Positions 19,949 through 28,573 of a stretch of 62,801 nucleotides of DNA are shown here, in pieces. Where the stretch lies: positions 1-62,801 of IMG/VR virus record IMGVR_UViG_3300031460_000001, one strand, 5' to 3'. How positions within the stretch are numbered: position 1 is the first letter of the stretch; every line of letters begins with the position of its first letter. The notes below the pieces were generated by a model that did not search any database, had not been told where the DNA came from, and worked only from the letters and a program-made list of their open reading frames with translations. Source of the stretch: a virus (Duplodnaviria > Caudoviricetes). Made by a program: the position numbers and the translations under genes.

Positions 19949-20871
19949 GCGTCCTTGTCCCCGTTCGTGAGGCCGCTCGCGGCCGTTGGCGGGGCATCCT
20001 GCCGGCTCTCGGTGTCGACAGCCGTTTCCTGAACAAGCGGAACGGCCCCTGTCCGATGTGTGGCGGGCACGACCGATGGAGTTTCGACGACCTTGAGGGC
20101 CGGGGGACCTGGCTGTGCCGAAACTGCGGCGCCGGGGACGGTTTGAAGCTCGCCATGGCGGTTACGGGTCTCGATTTCCACGCCGCTGCCGAGCGCGTCG
20201 AGGCGTTGGTCGGTACGGTCAAGCCGCAGCCTATCTCGCAAGACCGGTCCGATCCCGACAAGCGTGCCGCCATGCGCCGGCTGTGGGCCTCTGGCAAGCC
20301 GATCACGTCAGACGATCCTGCTGGGCTATGGCTCCGTTACCGGGTGGGGTTAGTGCAATTCCCCGCCGCGCTCCGGTTCGTGCCTGGACTTCGCTACGCC
20401 GGGGAGTTGCGCCCGGCCATGATCGCTCTCGCACAGGCACCGGACGGCACCGGATCGACGGTGCATCGGACATTCCTGACGTCGGGTGGACGCAAGGCGC
20501 CGGTGGACCAGCCCCGCATGGTGATGCCGGGCCATACCGTGCCGGGCCATGCGGTGCGGTTGTTCGATGCCGCGCCCGAGCTCGGATTGGCCGAAGGGAT
20601 CGAAACCGCGCTCGCTGCTGCCAGCCTGTTCGGCGTGCCGTGCTGGTCCGCGCTGAATGCCGGCGGCGTGGCGAAGTGGATCCCGCCCGAGGGCACCGCG
20701 TCCGTGGTGATCTTCGCGGACAACGATATGCTCTTCGTTGGGCAGGAAGCCGCCATGGTTCTCGCGCGGCGCCTTGCCACCAAAGGTATTCAGGTCCGCG
20801 TCGAGATCCCGCCTGACGTCGGAACCGACTTCAACGACGTTTGGACCGAACAGGAGAAAATCGATGCGTGA
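19945..20871 (+). CDS. Primase (zinc-binding + TOPRIM)
   Basis: GPCPMCGGHDRW...C..CG; AEGIETA; FADND; DFND. Start placed at GTG 19945. Confidence 0.88.
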   Translation: MSVLVPVREAARGRWRGILPALGVDSRFLNKRNGPCPMCGGHDRWSFDDLEGRGTWLCRNCGAGDGLKLAMAVTGLDFHAAAERVEALVGTVKPQPISQDRSDPDKRAAMRRLWASGKPITSDDPAGLWLRYRVGLVQFPAALRFVPGLRYAGELRPAMIALAQAPDGTGSTVHRTFLTSGGRKAPVDQPRMVMPGHTVPGHAVRLFDAAPELGLAEGIETALAAASLFGVPCWSALNAGGVAKWIPPEGTASVVIFADNDMLFVGQEAAMVLARRLATKGIQVRVEIPPDVGTDFNDVWTEQEKIDA

Positions 20872-21217
20872 CTTCATTCCCCACGATACCCCCGCCATGC
20901 TGGCCGACCTCACGAGGCATGATGCTGGGCCTGGGAAGCCCGTGGACGGCGATCCAGCCGATCCGGTGGCCCGTGTGCCACCCGAGAACGGAAACGGGCA
21001 TGGGCGGGGCTGGGAAAGCGTCCGCACTAGGCTCGCCTACCTGGACAAACACGATCACGTTACGGTCAGCGCGGTTGGGATGATCTATGACACCGCGCTG
21101 GCGATCGTGCGTGCCGCCCCGCCCATGCCGCTGGAATCTCCGGACCCGTGGCGCGAGGACGACGATGCCTACCGACGCCGGCTTGATGGTGCCGAACAGG
21201 TCGGTATGGAGGGTTGA
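20864..21217 (+). CDS. Hypothetical protein
   Basis: AGGAG RBS, overlaps the primase stop. Confidence 0.45.
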   Translation: MRDFIPHDTPAMLADLTRHDAGPGKPVDGDPADPVARVPPENGNGHGRGWESVRTRLAYLDKHDHVTVSAVGMIYDTALAIVRAAPPMPLESPDPWREDDDAYRRRLDGAEQVGMEG

Positions 21218-21220
21218 GAG

Positions 21221-21691
21221 ATGTTCAAAAAAGCGAGCGAGAATGAGCAGGATCGTGTGTTTCGTTCAACGGTTGAAAACACTCGAAATATTCATGGGAT
21301 TGACGAAACAACTTTTCGGTCCCCTGTGGAAGAACGGTTTCAGCTTATTGGTCTAAAGAGAGATTTCGAATTTCGAAGATCAGCAATTAAGACGCAAATT
21401 GCGGAAGCAAAGTCTCGATATCATGGAACGTCAAAAGGACGATGTGTGCCGTATGAGATAGTTTTGAAGTGGGAACGAGAACTTATATCGATAGCTGACG
21501 ATTTACGGAAAGTTGAGGACAAACTTCGTGCTACTAAAATGAGACGAGCAATGCTTTCTGAAAAGCTTGAATCTTTTGAGCTGACATTTTTTGGAATATG
21601 CAAGGAGGCTTTATCCGACGAAGTCTATAGGCGTCTCGTGACCATGGCTTTGCACCGCAGGGGTGAAGAGGTTGAGGGATATAACCCATGA
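21221..21691 (+). CDS. Hypothetical coiled-coil protein (low GC)
   Basis: GGAGG RBS; markedly AT-rich codons. Confidence 0.6.
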   Translation: MFKKASENEQDRVFRSTVENTRNIHGIDETTFRSPVEERFQLIGLKRDFEFRRSAIKTQIAEAKSRYHGTSKGRCVPYEIVLKWERELISIADDLRKVEDKLRATKMRRAMLSEKLESFELTFFGICKEALSDEVYRRLVTMALHRRGEEVEGYNP

Positions 21692-21800
21692 GACGTATTC
21701 GCTTACCTCATGAAAAACCCGCCCGGCTTTCACCGGACGGGCGTCTCGCAAAGGAAAGCTCTGGCCGGGCCATTCCGAACGCGAGACATAGAGGATCACG

Positions 21801-22619
21801 ATGATCGTTTCAACTTCGGACGAGGACGGCACCCCTCGCCGTCCCCACGACGACATCCCTGACGGCGAACAGCAATCCCGTATCGACAGAGCCAGGCAGG
21901 ATGGGGCGCGGACACTGCCTGGTGACGCCGGATACGATGTCGTCGCGGCACTTGAGCATGCGCAGCTTCGTGAGCGGCTTCGCCAAGGTCGCCCTGACGA
22001 TATCGTGAATGCATTTCGACAGCACGACTTGCTCGACGCGAGGCCGATCGCCCGTCCGGTGGAAGCCGCAACGGTTCGCATCTCGGCAGATGAACTCAGG
22101 ACATGGTTCGTCGTTAAATCGACGCCGCGACGCGAGGACGATGTTGATGGGGGCTTACGTGAGTTGGGCCTTGATGCGTTCTGTCCCAAGATGCGGTTTC
22201 TGCGCACTATGCGGCGGTCGGAACCCGGCAGGCCCAAGAAGGAGGCGATCGAAGCCCCACTCTTCGTCGGATACGTGTTTGCCGGCTTCCCCGTGACCTC
22301 TGAGCGGCATTGGCTCAAGGTGCGAAGGATTGAGGGCGTTCACAGCGTGCTCGGTCATCACGGGACACCGCAGCCTGTTTCACGATGGATCGTGGACCGG
22401 CTGATGGCGGACCAGGCAGCCGGCATGTTCGATAGTACAGCCGAGAAACCCAAACCGCAGCCGGGGCAAAACGTCAGGGTGAAGTTAGGTCCTTTCGCTG
22501 GGATTTTCGCCAACGTCGAACGCTTATCCTCTTCCGACCGCGTCAAGGTTTTGTTGAAGATCCTCGGCGGTATGGTTTCCGTGGATCTCGGCATCGACGA
22601 CGTGGAAATCATGGCTTGA
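21801..22619 (+). CDS. NusG/RfaH-family transcription antiterminator (phage late regulator position)
   Basis: WFVVKS..RRE; PLFVGYVF (NGN); KOW motif VRVKLGPFAG. Confidence 0.88.
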   Translation: MIVSTSDEDGTPRRPHDDIPDGEQQSRIDRARQDGARTLPGDAGYDVVAALEHAQLRERLRQGRPDDIVNAFRQHDLLDARPIARPVEAATVRISADELRTWFVVKSTPRREDDVDGGLRELGLDAFCPKMRFLRTMRRSEPGRPKKEAIEAPLFVGYVFAGFPVTSERHWLKVRRIEGVHSVLGHHGTPQPVSRWIVDRLMADQAAGMFDSTAEKPKPQPGQNVRVKLGPFAGIFANVERLSSSDRVKVLLKILGGMVSVDLGIDDVEIMA

Positions 22620-22768
22620 TGGGGCTTGCTTTCCATTTCGGAATATGCCAATGGCTTAAAAGCAGGCCAACCTGCAGGGCAAGCATGACTACGGTCACCG
22701 GCCCTTTGCGCATGTGATCCCTATCGGGACGGCACATGCAGCAAGCCCGGAGTTCGTCTCCACATCGG

Positions 22769-22847
22769 CGCAGAGTAGGGGAGCACGGTCGTCCCCGCCG
22801 GTCTCATAAACCGGAGAACGCAAGTTCGAATCTTGCCTCTGCTTCCA
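22769..22847 (+). tRNA. tRNA with CAT anticodon (Met/fMet-like, atypical)
   Basis: Cloverleaf: acceptor (C)GCAGAG/CTCTGC(T), D-stem GGGG/CCCC, anticodon stem CCGGT/ACCGG with loop CTCATAA, T-arm GCAAG-TTCGAAT-CTTGC, encoded CCA. Confidence 0.88.
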
Positions 22848-22901
22848 AATTCGCCCGATGGGCGCGCTGAAAAACAATCAGCCGAATTCAAAGGATTTCA
22901 A

Positions 22902-23170
22902 ATGCCCGGTGGCGCACGTCCCGGCGCCGGTCGTAATAATGGCGTCCCCAACAGCAGGACACAGGAGCGTGCCGCCAAGGCGGAAGTATCCAGCTCCAGC
23001 ATGATATCAAATGTCACCTCCTCGCGTGGGAGGGAGATCGCGGTCGAGTACCGCCCCGTCGCCGCGCTTGTCGCGAATGCCAGGAACGCCCGTATTCATT
23101 CCGACGCCCAAGTCGTCGAGATCGCGAGTTCGATCCGGCGTTTTGGTTTCCTCAATCCCGTGCTGGTGTA
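22902..23170 (+). pseudogene. Remnants: terminase-small-like N-terminus fused to a ParB-like N-terminus
   Basis: MPGGARPGAGR..G.PN followed by IAVEYRPVAALVANARNARIHSDAQV..IA.SI..FGF.NPVLV, after which similarity stops. Confidence 0.55.
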
Positions 23171-23468
23171 TCGCGGCCAGGATATCGTCACCATTATTGT
23201 TCCAAGTGCCGGAAGCGCATGGACAGGGTCGCGGCGCAGGAAGTGCGCGTCCGAGTTCACGGCTCTTCAAATCACGGATGCCTTTGAGCACGGCTTCGCC
23301 GTATGCGTCGCGTTCGACCGTAGTCATGTTGCGATCATGGGCGATTCGGCGGAAGCGATTCACGCCGGGGAGATTGGGATAGTCAGGACCGAATTGATCG
23401 AGCATGATGTTATTTATCCGAGTGATCGTACGGGTCGTTCGGGGAAGGCGCGGCCGGGTCTGAAACAC
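23007..23468 (-). CDS. Hypothetical protein (possible partner of the radical SAM gene)
   Basis: ORF directly downstream of the radical SAM gene; its 3' part overlaps the ParB remnant. Confidence 0.35.
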   Translation of the reverse strand: MFQTRPRLPRTTRTITRINNIMLDQFGPDYPNLPGVNRFRRIAHDRNMTTVERDAYGEAVLKGIRDLKSRELGRALPAPRPCPCASGTWNNNGDDILAAIHQHGIEETKTPDRTRDLDDLGVGMNTGVPGIRDKRGDGAVLDRDLPPTRGGDI

Positions 23469-23487
23469 TCGGTCGTGCCACGTCTGA

Positions 23488-24288
23488 TCAATGGTGTTGC
23501 GGTACGCGCAGTGGGTTGTGGTAGTTGGCTGGCAGATAAGGTTGAAGATCCTTCTTGATGTAGTGAGCCTTGCCTAGCCGTTTGAGCTTTTCGACCATTC
23601 GGTGTGTATAGCTTTCCCAGTCAGTGGTCTTGGTGATGCCGATGTAGTTGACCCTGCCGACCTTGTAGAGGTCGACGAACTCGTGGGTCGCATCGACGAT
23701 GGCGAGCGACGCCTCGACGTCGATGGTGGGCTCCAGGCTCACCCAGGTATAGATGCCGCGCTCGTGGAAGGCGCGCAGTGTGTCGAGCCGGTCCTGGGGA
23801 TCGGCGGCGCCGCGTTCCCACTTGCGGGAGAATGTCGCGTCCAGGCTCGTCAGGGTCGACGCGAAGGCGTCCCGGTCCGGACGAAATAGATCGATGTCGC
23901 GCAGCGCGCGGCGCCCGCCTTTGGTGAGAGTACATACCGCGAGACCGTGCTCCTGCAGCGTCTGGAGCGTCCAGCGCGTGAGGTCGTGGTGCTGGGGTGG
24001 ATAGGGGTCCGTCGTGAAGGACAACATGACTTGTTCGTCGATGCCGGCGGCCTTGTATTTCGCGGCGTCTTTCAGGAGTCCGTCTCGAAAGTTTGGCCGG
24101 ATCACTGCTCCAGCATCGAATTCGACGCGATCGATGTGCAATACCTTTGGGACGTAGCAGTAGGCGCACTTGTGGCCGCAACCCCGGTAAGGGTTGGCCG
24201 ATAGGGGGGCATACTCGCCCGCCTGCCCACGAGGGCCATAAATGAATGAGCAGCCTTTGACGCTGATTCCGTCCGGGTTGAGTGTCAT
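23488..24288 (-). CDS. Radical SAM protein (spore-photoproduct-lyase-like family)
   Basis: NPYRGCGHKCAYCY (CxxxCxxC); TDPY; LTK; SLEP. Confidence 0.85.
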   Translation of the reverse strand: MTLNPDGISVKGCSFIYGPRGQAGEYAPLSANPYRGCGHKCAYCYVPKVLHIDRVEFDAGAVIRPNFRDGLLKDAAKYKAAGIDEQVMLSFTTDPYPPQHHDLTRWTLQTLQEHGLAVCTLTKGGRRALRDIDLFRPDRDAFASTLTSLDATFSRKWERGAADPQDRLDTLRAFHERGIYTWVSLEPTIDVEASLAIVDATHEFVDLYKVGRVNYIGITKTTDWESYTHRMVEKLKRLGKAHYIKKDLQPYLPANYHNPLRVPQHH

Positions 24289-24404
24289 TTTCCCACATCT
24301 CCATGTTTGGCAAGGTGAAAATGACAGCAGTGACGCCTAGTCGCAACAAATATGTTGCTTATAACGGCGTTTATGTTGCTTTACATTAGACTAGGTGCTC
24401 GACT

Positions 24405-24761
24405 ATGGCTGGAAAGCTGCCGGCCAATATTGATCTTATGCAACTGCGCAAGCTGGCACAGTTACATTGCACGATCGATGAGGCTGCTTCCTACTTCAAC
24501 TGTTGCAAGCGGACGCTCCTGCGGTGGTTGGAAAAGCCAGCATACGCGAGCGCGTGGGAAGACGGCAAAGCCGCCGGCCGGCTGAGCTTGCGGCGCCTGC
24601 AGTGGCAGCACGCCAACGGTGCCGGCTCAGCCGCAGTCCAGATGACGATCCATTTGTCCAAGCACTGGCTTGGCGAAACCGAGAAGGTGCTGAACGAGCA
24701 TTCCGGACCAGATGGCAGCCCGCTCCAGATCATCATCACCCCGGCCCAAGCCGACTTTTGA
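24405..24761 (+). CDS. Terminase small subunit
   Basis: HTH (TIDEAASYFNCCKRTL), SLRRLQW, K.WLG, EHSGPDGSPL; directly upstream of TerL. Confidence 0.75.
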   Translation: MAGKLPANIDLMQLRKLAQLHCTIDEAASYFNCCKRTLLRWLEKPAYASAWEDGKAAGRLSLRRLQWQHANGAGSAAVQMTIHLSKHWLGETEKVLNEHSGPDGSPLQIIITPAQADF

Positions 24762-26070
24762 CCTAAACCCCGGACAGGTTCGAGCGACCGAGCTTCTGCG
24801 CGGTCCCCAGCGGCATACGTTGCTCGCGGGTGGTGCACGCTCTGGTAAAACTGCGCTCTTCGTGCAGGCCATTCTTACGCGAGCGGTTCTCGGCGCCGGT
24901 TCCCGCCACGCCATCCTCCGCTTCCGCGCCAACGCTGTTCGGTCGTCTATCGCGCTTGATACGCTGCCTAAGATTACTCGACTGTGCTTCCCTGGACTAA
25001 GACTGACCGAACATAGCCAGGATAAGTTCTTCGCGCTGCCGAACGGCTCGGAAATCTGGCTCGGCGGACTTGACGACAAAGAACGAGTCGACAAGATCCT
25101 CGGGACTGAGTTTGCGACGATCCTGTTCAACGAATGCAGCCAGATTCCCTATTCATCGGTGCTGACGGCGAGGACTAGGCTGGCGCAACAGGTCGAGGGG
25201 TTGAGACAGCGGGCCTATTACGACCTTAACCCGTCCGGCACGGGGCACTGGACTTATCACGAGTTCGCGGAAGGACGCGACCCTGTCAGCCGCAAGCCAC
25301 TTGCCGATCCCGAGAACTACCGCCGCGCCTTCATCAACCCGAACGACAATGCCGCGAACCTCAGTCCCGAGTTCCTGGCTTCGCTCGCCAACCTGCCCGA
25401 CAAGCAGCGCCGCCGCTTTTTCGAAGGCCAGTACGTCGCCGAGGTCGAGGGTGCGCTCTGGACCTATGACGGGCTGGAGCGGTGCCGGGTCGATCCCGTG
25501 CCGAACGAACAGCCTGCCGACACACTCCTCCGGCTCGGCATCGGCCGGGTGGTAGTTGCTGTGGACCCTTCCGGCGCCGCTGGCGAGGAAGACAAGCGGT
25601 CCGACGAGATCGGCATCAGTGTGGTTGGCAAGGCAGGCAAGAAGGCATATGTCCTCGCGGATTGCACTTTACGGGCCGGTCCGGAGCAATGGGCCAAAGC
25701 CGCGGTGAAAGCCTTCGATGATTGGAGTGCCGACACCATCGTGGCGGAACGGAACTTCGGCGGGGCGATGGTCGAGGCGGTGATCCGTACGGCGCGACAG
25801 AATTTGCCCGTCAAGTTGATCACCGCGTCCCGCGGCAAGCATGTCAGAGCCGAGCCGGTCGCAGCGCTCTACGAGGCGGGCGACGTGGCTCATCTTGGGC
25901 GATTTCCTGATCTGGAAGACCAACTCGTAAATTTCTCGGCATCCGGCTACACGGGCGAGTGTAGTCCCGATCGTGCTGACGCCATGGTGTTCGGGATCAG
26001 TGAGTTGATGCTGGGCGCGCACATTTTCGAGACATCATCCCTCGTTCAGACCTACCGCACGAGACGCTGA
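24712..26070 (+). CDS. Terminase large subunit
   Basis: Walker A GGARSGKT; Walker B ILFNE; DLNP coupling motif; nuclease VAVDP...ERNFGG...PDRADA. Confidence 0.92.
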   Translation: MAARSRSSSPRPKPTFDLNPGQVRATELLRGPQRHTLLAGGARSGKTALFVQAILTRAVLGAGSRHAILRFRANAVRSSIALDTLPKITRLCFPGLRLTEHSQDKFFALPNGSEIWLGGLDDKERVDKILGTEFATILFNECSQIPYSSVLTARTRLAQQVEGLRQRAYYDLNPSGTGHWTYHEFAEGRDPVSRKPLADPENYRRAFINPNDNAANLSPEFLASLANLPDKQRRRFFEGQYVAEVEGALWTYDGLERCRVDPVPNEQPADTLLRLGIGRVVVAVDPSGAAGEEDKRSDEIGISVVGKAGKKAYVLADCTLRAGPEQWAKAAVKAFDDWSADTIVAERNFGGAMVEAVIRTARQNLPVKLITASRGKHVRAEPVAALYEAGDVAHLGRFPDLEDQLVNFSASGYTGECSPDRADAMVFGISELMLGAHIFETSSLVQTYRTRR

Positions 26071-27543
26071 GTGGCCGACGATCCATCTACTCCGTCTGGC
26101 GAATATCAGTGCATGGAGAACAAGTGGCGCCTCGTGTCCGACATCCTGGCCGGCGTCGAAGCAATCAGGGCACGGCGATCAACCTATTTGCCCAGGTATG
26201 AGGTTGAGAAGCAGGGTGACTATGAGCGGCGTCTCAACTCGACGCCATGGCGTCCCGAGTTTGCCGACATTCTGCAGACGCTGGCGTCCAAGCCGTTCGG
26301 ACGTGATGTTGCTCTGAGAGGCAATGTTTCCGACGATATTCAAGGGAAGGTTGATCCATCCACAAAGATGCGCTCTGGCGGGATTGTGGACGATATTGAT
26401 GGCCGGGGGAATAGCTTAACGGCTTTCGCGTCCGATGCGTTCTCTAGTGCGGTGGCCAAGGGCGCTCACGCTATCCTTGTTGACCATCCGCCGATGCCTG
26501 ATAACGCATCCCTGGCTGATGAGAAAGCCGCAGGTGCTCGTCCATACTGGATCCAGGTGCCGTTTGACAACATTATTGCGCTCTACACTGACGTTGATGG
26601 CGGACGTGAAATTATCACCCACGCCCGCATCCGTGAATGTCGAACCGAGCGGGATGGATACGGCGAGAAGATCGTCAACCAGATCCGCGTGCTGGAGCCC
26701 GGTACGTCGGAAGTATTCGAGCAGGACACTAATGGCGTTTGGGTTAGCAAAAGTGTGAAACCCATGGTGCGGGGTGGTAAGCATCAGAGCGTGCCTCTTG
26801 CACTGTGTTTCCTTGGAAAACGACTTGGCACGCAGGAGGTCAGGCTCCCGCTGCAATCTGTTGCAGACATGCAGATCGAGCTTTTTCAGGCCCTGTCGAG
26901 GTATGAGGAGATCCTGATCTATGCCGGGTCCCCAATGCTGTCGGGGAATGGGATAGCTCCACCTCCCGAGACGGAGCCTGCCCTCGCGCTTGGCCCGAAG
27001 ACAATCCTCTTCGCTCCCCGCATGGGGGATGGTCCGGCACCTTATTGGAGCTTCGTCCAACCCGACGCCGCCAACATCACCGCTATCAAGGCCAGCGTCG
27101 AAGCGATCCAGTCCGACATGCGTCGGATCGGACTTCAGCCGCTCACCGAGCAGCCTGGTAATCCAACCGCCACAGGCAAGGCCATCGACGCCGCCAAAGC
27201 TCATAGCGCGGTGAAAAGTTGGGCTTTGCTGCAGAACGATGCCTTGGAACAGGCAATGGTTTTCACGGCGCAATACCTCGGGATCGAAACCACGATCCAG
27301 ACGGAGGTGTCGACGGACTTCAGTGTACTGCCTTATGCGTCGGAGCCGCTGAAGGCACTTCTCACCGCAAGGGCCACTAAGGATATCTCGCACGAGACGT
27401 TGATTGGTGGTTTGAAGCGCTTCGACGTACTTCCTGCCGACTTCGATGTGCTTATGAATGAAGTTCAGCTTGCGGCAGAATCTGATCGCCTCGCTGCTGC
27501 TGGCGCACCTCCAACCCAAGAGACGATTAAGGTTCAAGACTGA
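26071..27543 (+). CDS. Portal protein (DUF4055-like)
   Basis: YLPRY..E....Y.RRL; IDG.G.SL; ILVD.P...RPY; follows TerL. Confidence 0.85.
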   Translation: MADDPSTPSGEYQCMENKWRLVSDILAGVEAIRARRSTYLPRYEVEKQGDYERRLNSTPWRPEFADILQTLASKPFGRDVALRGNVSDDIQGKVDPSTKMRSGGIVDDIDGRGNSLTAFASDAFSSAVAKGAHAILVDHPPMPDNASLADEKAAGARPYWIQVPFDNIIALYTDVDGGREIITHARIRECRTERDGYGEKIVNQIRVLEPGTSEVFEQDTNGVWVSKSVKPMVRGGKHQSVPLALCFLGKRLGTQEVRLPLQSVADMQIELFQALSRYEEILIYAGSPMLSGNGIAPPPETEPALALGPKTILFAPRMGDGPAPYWSFVQPDAANITAIKASVEAIQSDMRRIGLQPLTEQPGNPTATGKAIDAAKAHSAVKSWALLQNDALEQAMVFTAQYLGIETTIQTEVSTDFSVLPYASEPLKALLTARATKDISHETLIGGLKRFDVLPADFDVLMNEVQLAAESDRLAAAGAPPTQETIKVQD

Positions 27544-27628
27544 GTGTAGTTCGGAGTTGATCCAGGATCGGGTCTTTTCTGATTAGGCTGGATGGCCTTT
27601 AGCTGGCGGATGCCATGGAGAAGTTCAA

Positions 27629-28435
27629 TTGAAGCTCAAAACCGTTGTCATTGAGGGCAAAACCTACGCCGAGGTTCAGGACGACAAGCCCGTCATTGTG
27701 GACGACGATGGCAAGGATGTCGCCTTCGATCTGGCTCATACCCGGACCACGATCTCCCGCCTAAATGGCGAGAGCAAAACCCAGCGCGAAGCTCGCGAGG
27801 CCGCCGAAGCCAAGCTGAAGGCGTATGAGGGCATCGATGACGCCGACTCCGCCCGCAGGGCGCTGGAGACCGTCAAAAACCTCAAAGAGGGCGAGCTTCT
27901 GACCGCCGGTCAGGTGCAGGAAATCAAGGATGCGGCTCGCCGCGCTGCCGATGAGCAGGTTAGTGCAGCAGCGAAAGAACACGCCAAAAAGCTGAAGCTG
28001 GCCGAGACGGATCGAGATCGATTCAAAGGGGATCTCGATAGCACCCTTCTCGGTCTCGCTTTTACCCAGTCGAAGTTCATCACCGAGCGTTCGGCTGTGC
28101 CGGCCGCGATGATGAAGGCGCAATTCGGCTCGAACTTCAAGTTCGAGGACGGCAAGATGATCGCCCATTACCCTAATGGAGAAAAGATCTTTTCTGTCGC
28201 GCGTCCTGGTGATCCTGCCAATTTTGATGAGGCTATCGAGACCTTGGTGGAGCAGTACCCCTACCGGGACAGCATTCTCAAAGGCACCGGCTCGACGGGT
28301 GGTGGTTCTCGTGGAAGCGTCGCCTCCGGTGGTGGTTCAGGCCGGACCATGACTATGTCGGCCTTTAACGCGCTCCATCCTGCGCAGCAGGCGCAGATCA
28401 TGTCTGGCAAGGATCGACCTACTTTGGTCGAGTGA
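27629..28435 (+). CDS. Capsid scaffolding protein (DUF6651-like)
   Basis: TISRLNGES; coiled coil; PANFDEAIETLV..YPYRD.ILKG; between portal and capsid. Confidence 0.8.
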   Translation: MKLKTVVIEGKTYAEVQDDKPVIVDDDGKDVAFDLAHTRTTISRLNGESKTQREAREAAEAKLKAYEGIDDADSARRALETVKNLKEGELLTAGQVQEIKDAARRAADEQVSAAAKEHAKKLKLAETDRDRFKGDLDSTLLGLAFTQSKFITERSAVPAAMMKAQFGSNFKFEDGKMIAHYPNGEKIFSVARPGDPANFDEAIETLVEQYPYRDSILKGTGSTGGGSRGSVASGGGSGRTMTMSAFNALHPAQQAQIMSGKDRPTLVE

Positions 28436-28573
28436 CGTCAACATCCTCGGATGAGGTTCGGTCGCACATCTCTCGCAAACGCGCATCGCTGACCGAAGCC
28501 CTGGATGGGGATCGGTGCTCAGGCCAGATGGCAATCCTGAACATCAATCCTCTTTTTTGACAGGTTTAAAACC

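Noticed and set aside
22769-22847. tRNA as the prophage attachment site
   Set aside because: It lies mid-prophage in the late leader. I saw no duplicate of its 3' end near the integrase, where the junction is in the GTA-like gene.
22833-23558. 241-aa ORF as one real protein
   Set aside because: It starts inside the tRNA, joins two unrelated fragments and then runs antisense to other ORFs, so it is treated as remnants.
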